Below are positions 59,670 to 64,000 of a stretch of 64,000 nt of DNA, one piece after another (the first letter of the stretch is position 1; each line of letters opens with the position of its first letter). The stretch lies in assembly GCA_977018835.1 (NCBI GenBank), contig OZ361256.1, positions 5,766,001-5,830,000 on the forward strand. The letters are read 5' to 3'. The notes below the pieces were generated by a model. The model was not told the DNA's origin. It saw nothing but the letters and a program-made list of their open reading frames with translations, and made no database searches. This DNA comes from Minutocellus sp. GHC0000111. Taxonomy: Eukaryota. The translations under genes were made by a program, and so were the position numbers.

Positions 59670-60176
59670 GGTTGCAAGTTAAGTTGACTGTTTTAGGATT
59701 CGAGGTTGAACTGAATCGAAAAGTGAGCGAGGGAAGATGGATGAGCGATTTCCAGCCGCAAAAATTCAATGCCGACCGACGCGTGGAGGAGCAGGGTCTC
59801 CCGGGAGAGTTTTCGGGTAAAGGCAGAAAGCTAATCTTTTCGTCACCACCATACAAAACTCTGTAGTGACCTGGACACGTTCGGCGCGGTATGCTCGCGC
59901 ACGTTCTCTGTTGAGGTGTGACTTTGGTATGCGAGCAAGAGTGATTTTGCGGAGGAATAGTGCGAGGCGAGGAGGAGCAGAGGGTTGATCGGATCATGGC
60001 ATGCCATGCATGTCTACATGTAGGCATCTTTCATGTCTTCCACCGGCTACTTTGCTACCTAGGCCTAGGTACTTTGTTTGACGATTGAGTTGGTGGCCGA
60101 TGCGTGAGGTCGACACATGGCTGAGTCAGCGTACAAAAACAAAAAAAACTTTCTTGAGAAGTACCGGGGCTTTATT

Positions 60177-60182
60177 AAAAAA
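60177..60182 (-). terminator. RNA polymerase III oligo-T terminator for tRNA-Ala
   Basis: T6 run on the minus strand immediately after the discriminator base. Confidence 0.75.
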
Positions 60183-60254
60183 TGGAAATGAAGGGAATCG
60201 AACCCTCGGCCTGCCGCATGCGAAGCGGCCGCTCTGCCCCTGAGCTACACTCCC
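60183..60254 (-). tRNA. tRNA-Ala (anticodon CGC)
   Basis: Sequence GGGAGTGTAGCTCAGGGGCAGAGCGGCCGCTTCGCATGCGGCAGGCCGAGGGTTCGATTCCCTTCATTTCCA folds as a cloverleaf with the G3:U70 Ala identity pair and a TTCGA T-loop. Confidence 0.93.
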
Positions 60255-60546
60255 GGATTTTGCCACAAACACTCTTTATGAGGAAATCATTGTATATAAT
60301 CTCTACTTACAATTGTTCCTCGCTTGCCTCCGCTTTTCTGTCTTCATTTCTTTCGCGTTCTTCGCACGCACACAAAAAAGACAGACGAAAGAAACCAGAT
60401 CATCAATGGATCGTCAGTCGATAATCTGCTGATAGGATCGATACGAATAATGCAATAGATGACAATAGAAGTTCTCCATTCGCATTTTAAGATTATCACC
60501 AATGACAAAATGCGATTCCACATATACACACCCTTGCTCTCCGCAA

Positions 60547-62028
60547 TTAAAACAATATGTACTCGCCAAGCTCCAAGTCCAACGGCCAGCCGAGCAGTCC
60601 AAATATCTTGGTGCAGGCCCATCCCGAAAAGATGGGCACAACAAAGTTATCGTCAATGTGGAAAGGAGGCACCTTGACACCCAATATCTTGTTTGGCATT
60701 ACGACGGCTGGAGTTGGAACAGCAAGATCTGCAAAGGCACCCGCCAATCCCAACGCCATCGAAGCAATGAGCAGTGACTGCTTGCCGCCGGGAATGCTAC
60801 CACCTGCCCACTTGGCCAGCGACAGTACCCGGTAATTGTACGGGAAACAAAACAGTGCACCACCAAGGAATCCCAGCACGCCCTTATTCCGGCCAATGCC
60901 GCCCAGCCCACCCTCAATGCGCGACCAGTAGATATGTCTGGTATGCCGTCCGAAAAAGCTGGCGCTGGGATCAGCAATGGCCAGCTGTGCGATGCCCAAG
61001 CTGGCGGCCGATTTGGGGAACAGATACGCCGTCATGGTCACACCAAAGAAGTAGTAGAACGACCCGGTGAACTTGCCCTCCATCTCGTGCTTGCGCAGCT
61101 GATCGCCGAGGACGAAGTGGAGGGCGTCGTTCATCCAGCCAAAGCCCTTGCGGTAGCGCATCAGCTCCATGAACAGAGTGGCCGAGGTCAGGATGGTCAT
61201 GCCGGGGATGAAGCGGCTGCGGGGAATGACGTGGTGCAGGCCGGCAAAGAACAGCCCGAACGAACAGTGCAAAATCTTGCGCTTGATGTTGGTTCGGTTG
61301 CGGTTCTACCAATTTTTGGTGCGGATAGGGTGTGAAAGTTGGTTGGGAATGAATATATTGAAAAATATATGCGTGAGTTGATGCATGCCATCAAAGATCA
61401 AGGATAGTGCGCCGCTATATTAAAACAACCACAAGTAGACCCAGCAATGCCAACATACCTTGAGCTTCTTGGCATACTGTGCGGCATTGTTGGGCTCGTC
61501 GGTTTCCTTTGAACTTTTTGCGGCGGTGTCAACAATGGCACTGGTCTGCTCATCATCCGGAAGCGGTGCCGCCTCGGTCGAACCACCCCTTGTCGATAAA
61601 TGTGCGCTTTGAGGAGAAGAATTGGCGGTTCCGACGCATCGGGATATTTCCTCCGATAATTGCAAACCAAGGCTGTCAGTTGTTGCGGAGTCGTCGTCAT
61701 TTTTTGCTGCAGCATTGTGACGGCTATTGAATGGAGCGCCGGAAGCGCCAGGGATACGACCGCCCAATCCGCCGCCGTGGATACCAATACCTCTGGCGAG
61801 CTGATCATTCAATGCACTATCCTGCAGGCCAAGCGCTGACCTGCCTGCAGTCTTTGTTGTCCGGCCTCCCCTTTGAGTATTTGGTGTCAAATAATACGGT
61901 TGACGGTTGAACAAGACACGATCGGTGGGAAATGCCGGCGCCGCGAGGACGGGATGCAACGCGACGCAGGCAATTATCGCCAGCGTCGACAAGGTCGATT
62001 GGTTACTTGGAGAAGACGGAGCCATCAT
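60547..62028 (-). CDS. CTP-dependent lipid kinase (DGK1/phytol/dolichol kinase family) with signal peptide, 2 exons
   Basis: …KKLK|NRNRTNIKRKILHCSFG…LRKHE…TGSFYY…ADPSASFFG…NKGVLG…IDDNFVVP. N-terminal hydrophobic signal followed by APAFP. Confidence 0.8.
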
Positions 62029-62354
62029 GGCTGGAACGATGAGATTAGGGGGCGTATCTTCTTTGCCCTCTCAACTATCGGTCGTTGACATGACACGAGA
62101 GATGTGCCACTTTTGTGACGAGGTGAGTGACGCTGTTGAAGTGAGTTCTCCGGGTTTCTTTCAGCTTCGACATACATCGACATCGACAAGATGACAGAAA
62201 GATGATGGCGCCAGCAGCAGCAGCAGCGGAAGAAGCAACGGGCGTATGCTATGCACTAGCTTCATGAAAAAGAGCACAGGAGCCATGTGAGATACGACGT
62301 GATAATTATCGTGCGCCGCAGGCGTGATTGCTGGCGATGTATCAAAAGATTATT

Positions 62355-62990
62355 TTATGACACATCTTTGGCGCCTGCAACATCCTCCTCCTCGGCATCC
62401 GCAGGTAGTCCAGCTCCCGTACTGGCATCCTCGTCCTCGTCCTCGTCGTCAGAAGTGGCAGGGGTCAGGGCACCGGGAGCGGTAACGTTGGAGGACTCGG
62501 TGTATCGATACAGCAGGGTGCCGTGAGAATTGGATTCCAGAATTCCTCCACCCTTGCGGCACGTACGCGACATCTTGGTGCGATTGATCGAAGTTAGGCG
62601 GGCGGCGTCGCTGCACGAGTTGAAGAGGTGGACGCGAACATTCGTCTTGGGATCGACGGCCTCGACCTCTCGGGGGGTGTTGGTGGTCAGCGCCACCCTA
62701 CCGTCCTTCTTGCTGGTGAAGTGAAGCTCTTCGCCGCTGGTCGTGAAGCGCTGCTGGCATTTGCGGCCGCCGGCCTCGAGACTGGCTACATTGACATCTG
62801 CCGCCTGGATAGCGGGCTTGACGACGGGCGTGGCCTTGGTAGCCTTGGTAGTCTTGGTAGCCTTGGCCGCCTTGGACTTGGGCTTGTTGGCATCCTTCCT
62901 CTTGGAGGGCTTGACCCATCCTGGAGGTTTGGGCTTGTTCTTGCTGCCCTTGGGCCGGCCCCTTCCCCTCTTCTTGGGCTTGTCGCGCAA
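62355..62990 (-). CDS. AT-hook + NUMOD1-like helix-turn-helix protein (last exon; 5' exon not located)
   Basis: AT-hook KKRGRGRPKGSKNK; VEAVDPKT…HLFNSCSDAARLTSINRTKMSRTC. Acceptor ttcacag at ~62991. Confidence 0.6.
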   Translation of the reverse strand: MRDKPKKRGRGRPKGSKNKPKPPGWVKPSKRKDANKPKSKAAKATKTTKATKATPVVKPAIQAADVNVASLEAGGRKCQQRFTTSGEELHFTSKKDGRVALTTNTPREVEAVDPKTNVRVHLFNSCSDAARLTSINRTKMSRTCRKGGGILESNSHGTLLYRYTESSNVTAPGALTPATSDDEDEDEDASTGAGLPADAEEEDVAGAKDVS

Positions 62991-63173
62991 CTGTGAACAA
63001 TGTTTTTTGGTGATCTGGCCGGCTGGCTCTCTGTGAAAATTTCATCTGTCCAATCATACTCGCATCAAGCAACCGAGGACCGTGGAATCTCATCGAATCT
63101 AAGAAGATAGTCTTCTATTGTTCGAAAAACCCAGTTGCAACAAGCCTCTTCCAACCAGAACGCATCCATCAAA

Positions 63174-64000
63174 ATGAGAAGAGTATCCACTGGACTTAGT
63201 TCGGTCACTATTCTCTCAAGTGTTCACGGTCGGCAGCGTCGTGCTGAGCGGCTTATCGACAAGCGAGACTTGAAGGCCGCCGTGAAATATGGGAAGGAGG
63301 AATCCAGTTACAACCAGAGAGGAGAACGAAAGTATAAGTATACCTTTGCTGATGTGGTTTACATCGCTGATCTTACTTCTCGGAAGGAGATCACGGCCTG
63401 GGCGGTCCCAGGAGCAGGTCTAGACGTTGCGAAGCATCCCATTACAACCGTTACCAAAAGAGAGCATAAGGAAGCCCGCCGGACCATTCAACGTGATAAG
63501 TCCTCTTGGACATCTCACACTGTCATTATCGTGGATCAATCTGGCTCCATGCGCAAAACTGACGTCGAGGGTGGTGCGACACGAAGTGATGCTGTTTGGC
63601 TCACGCTGGCAGTTGATTTTGTTGCGAAGAAGATTGATTCCGGCCAAGCCACGAGATCCGATGTGGTCTCGATTGTTGCCATGGGAATATCGCATACTGT
63701 CTTGGTGGACAAGATGCCACATGATTGGTTACTTTTCAATAAAGTCATTGATCTCTTGCGGTCTCAGGAGCCTTTCTTCAATGGAAATTACCTGCCATCC
63801 CTCGATGCTGCAGAGGAGCTCCTGCTTGCGAATACGTACGGCAACTGTACTCTAGATCTTTTTTTCCTGAGCGATGGAAAGCCTAGTGATCAAATCCCAC
63901 GCAAGCTCGTCAGCCATAACGACTGTAATCGCGCTCATGTCGATATGATGGGGGCGAGGATTGACCGACTAGCAAGTAGATTTGGAAGGCGCCTTAGCGT
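63174..64000 (+). CDS. von Willebrand factor A domain protein, 3' truncated by the window
   Basis: Open from ATG 63174. MIDAS motifs VIIVDQSGSM and LFFLSDGKPSD; N-terminal SVHGRQRRAERLIDKRDLKAAVKYG. Confidence 0.8.
   Translation, partial: MRRVSTGLSSVTILSSVHGRQRRAERLIDKRDLKAAVKYGKEESSYNQRGERKYKYTFADVVYIADLTSRKEITAWAVPGAGLDVAKHPITTVTKREHKEARRTIQRDKSSWTSHTVIIVDQSGSMRKTDVEGGATRSDAVWLTLAVDFVAKKIDSGQATRSDVVSIVAMGISHTVLVDKMPHDWLLFNKVIDLLRSQEPFFNGNYLPSLDAAEELLLANTYGNCTLDLFFLSDGKPSDQIPRKLVSHNDCNRAHVDMMGARIDRLASRFGRRLS

Noticed and set aside
1..64000. Genome-wide reassignment of TAA/TAG to Gln
   Set aside because: Conserved genes (eIF4A, eIF5B, MATX, DRS1, SPB1) end at TAA/TAG at the expected positions, and almost all Gln use CAA/CAG.
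1..64000. CRISPR arrays, rRNA, intact transposase or reverse transcriptase
   Set aside because: No repeat-spacer periodicity, rRNA-like sequence or DDE/RT motifs were seen.

Overview
Gene-dense eukaryotic nuclear DNA with short GT-AG introns, very probably from a diatom. The evidence is a MATX-type SAM synthetase, a plastid NTT, a PsbP with a bipartite presequence, and an expanded RING/Sel1 family. About 30 protein genes are present, including DDB1, LSM12, a ZC3H3-like protein, type II and type III pantothenate kinases, eIF4A, a Myb-ankyrin-HDAC fusion, DRS1/DDX27, SPB1, eIF5B, a PP2C and MATX, plus one tRNA-Ala(CGC). The consensus looks unpolished: it has many homopolymer frameshifts, a 200-N gap flanked by a 1.66-kb direct duplication and a 1.8-kb fold-back of eIF4A, and several genes with clipped 5' ends. 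The most interesting signals are: (i) two non-coding tracts almost purged of TpA outside CTA/TAG contexts while CpG is retained, which suggests a RIP-like TpA-directed hypermutation of repeats; (ii) a cyanobacterial-style type III pantothenate kinase fused to two Tudor-like domains and lying next to a type II PanK; (iii) a Myb(SHAQKYF)-ankyrin-HDAC fusion with intact catalytic motifs; and (iv) several isolated in-frame stops, one at a conserved Gln of eIF5B. All counts were done by eye and need computational confirmation.
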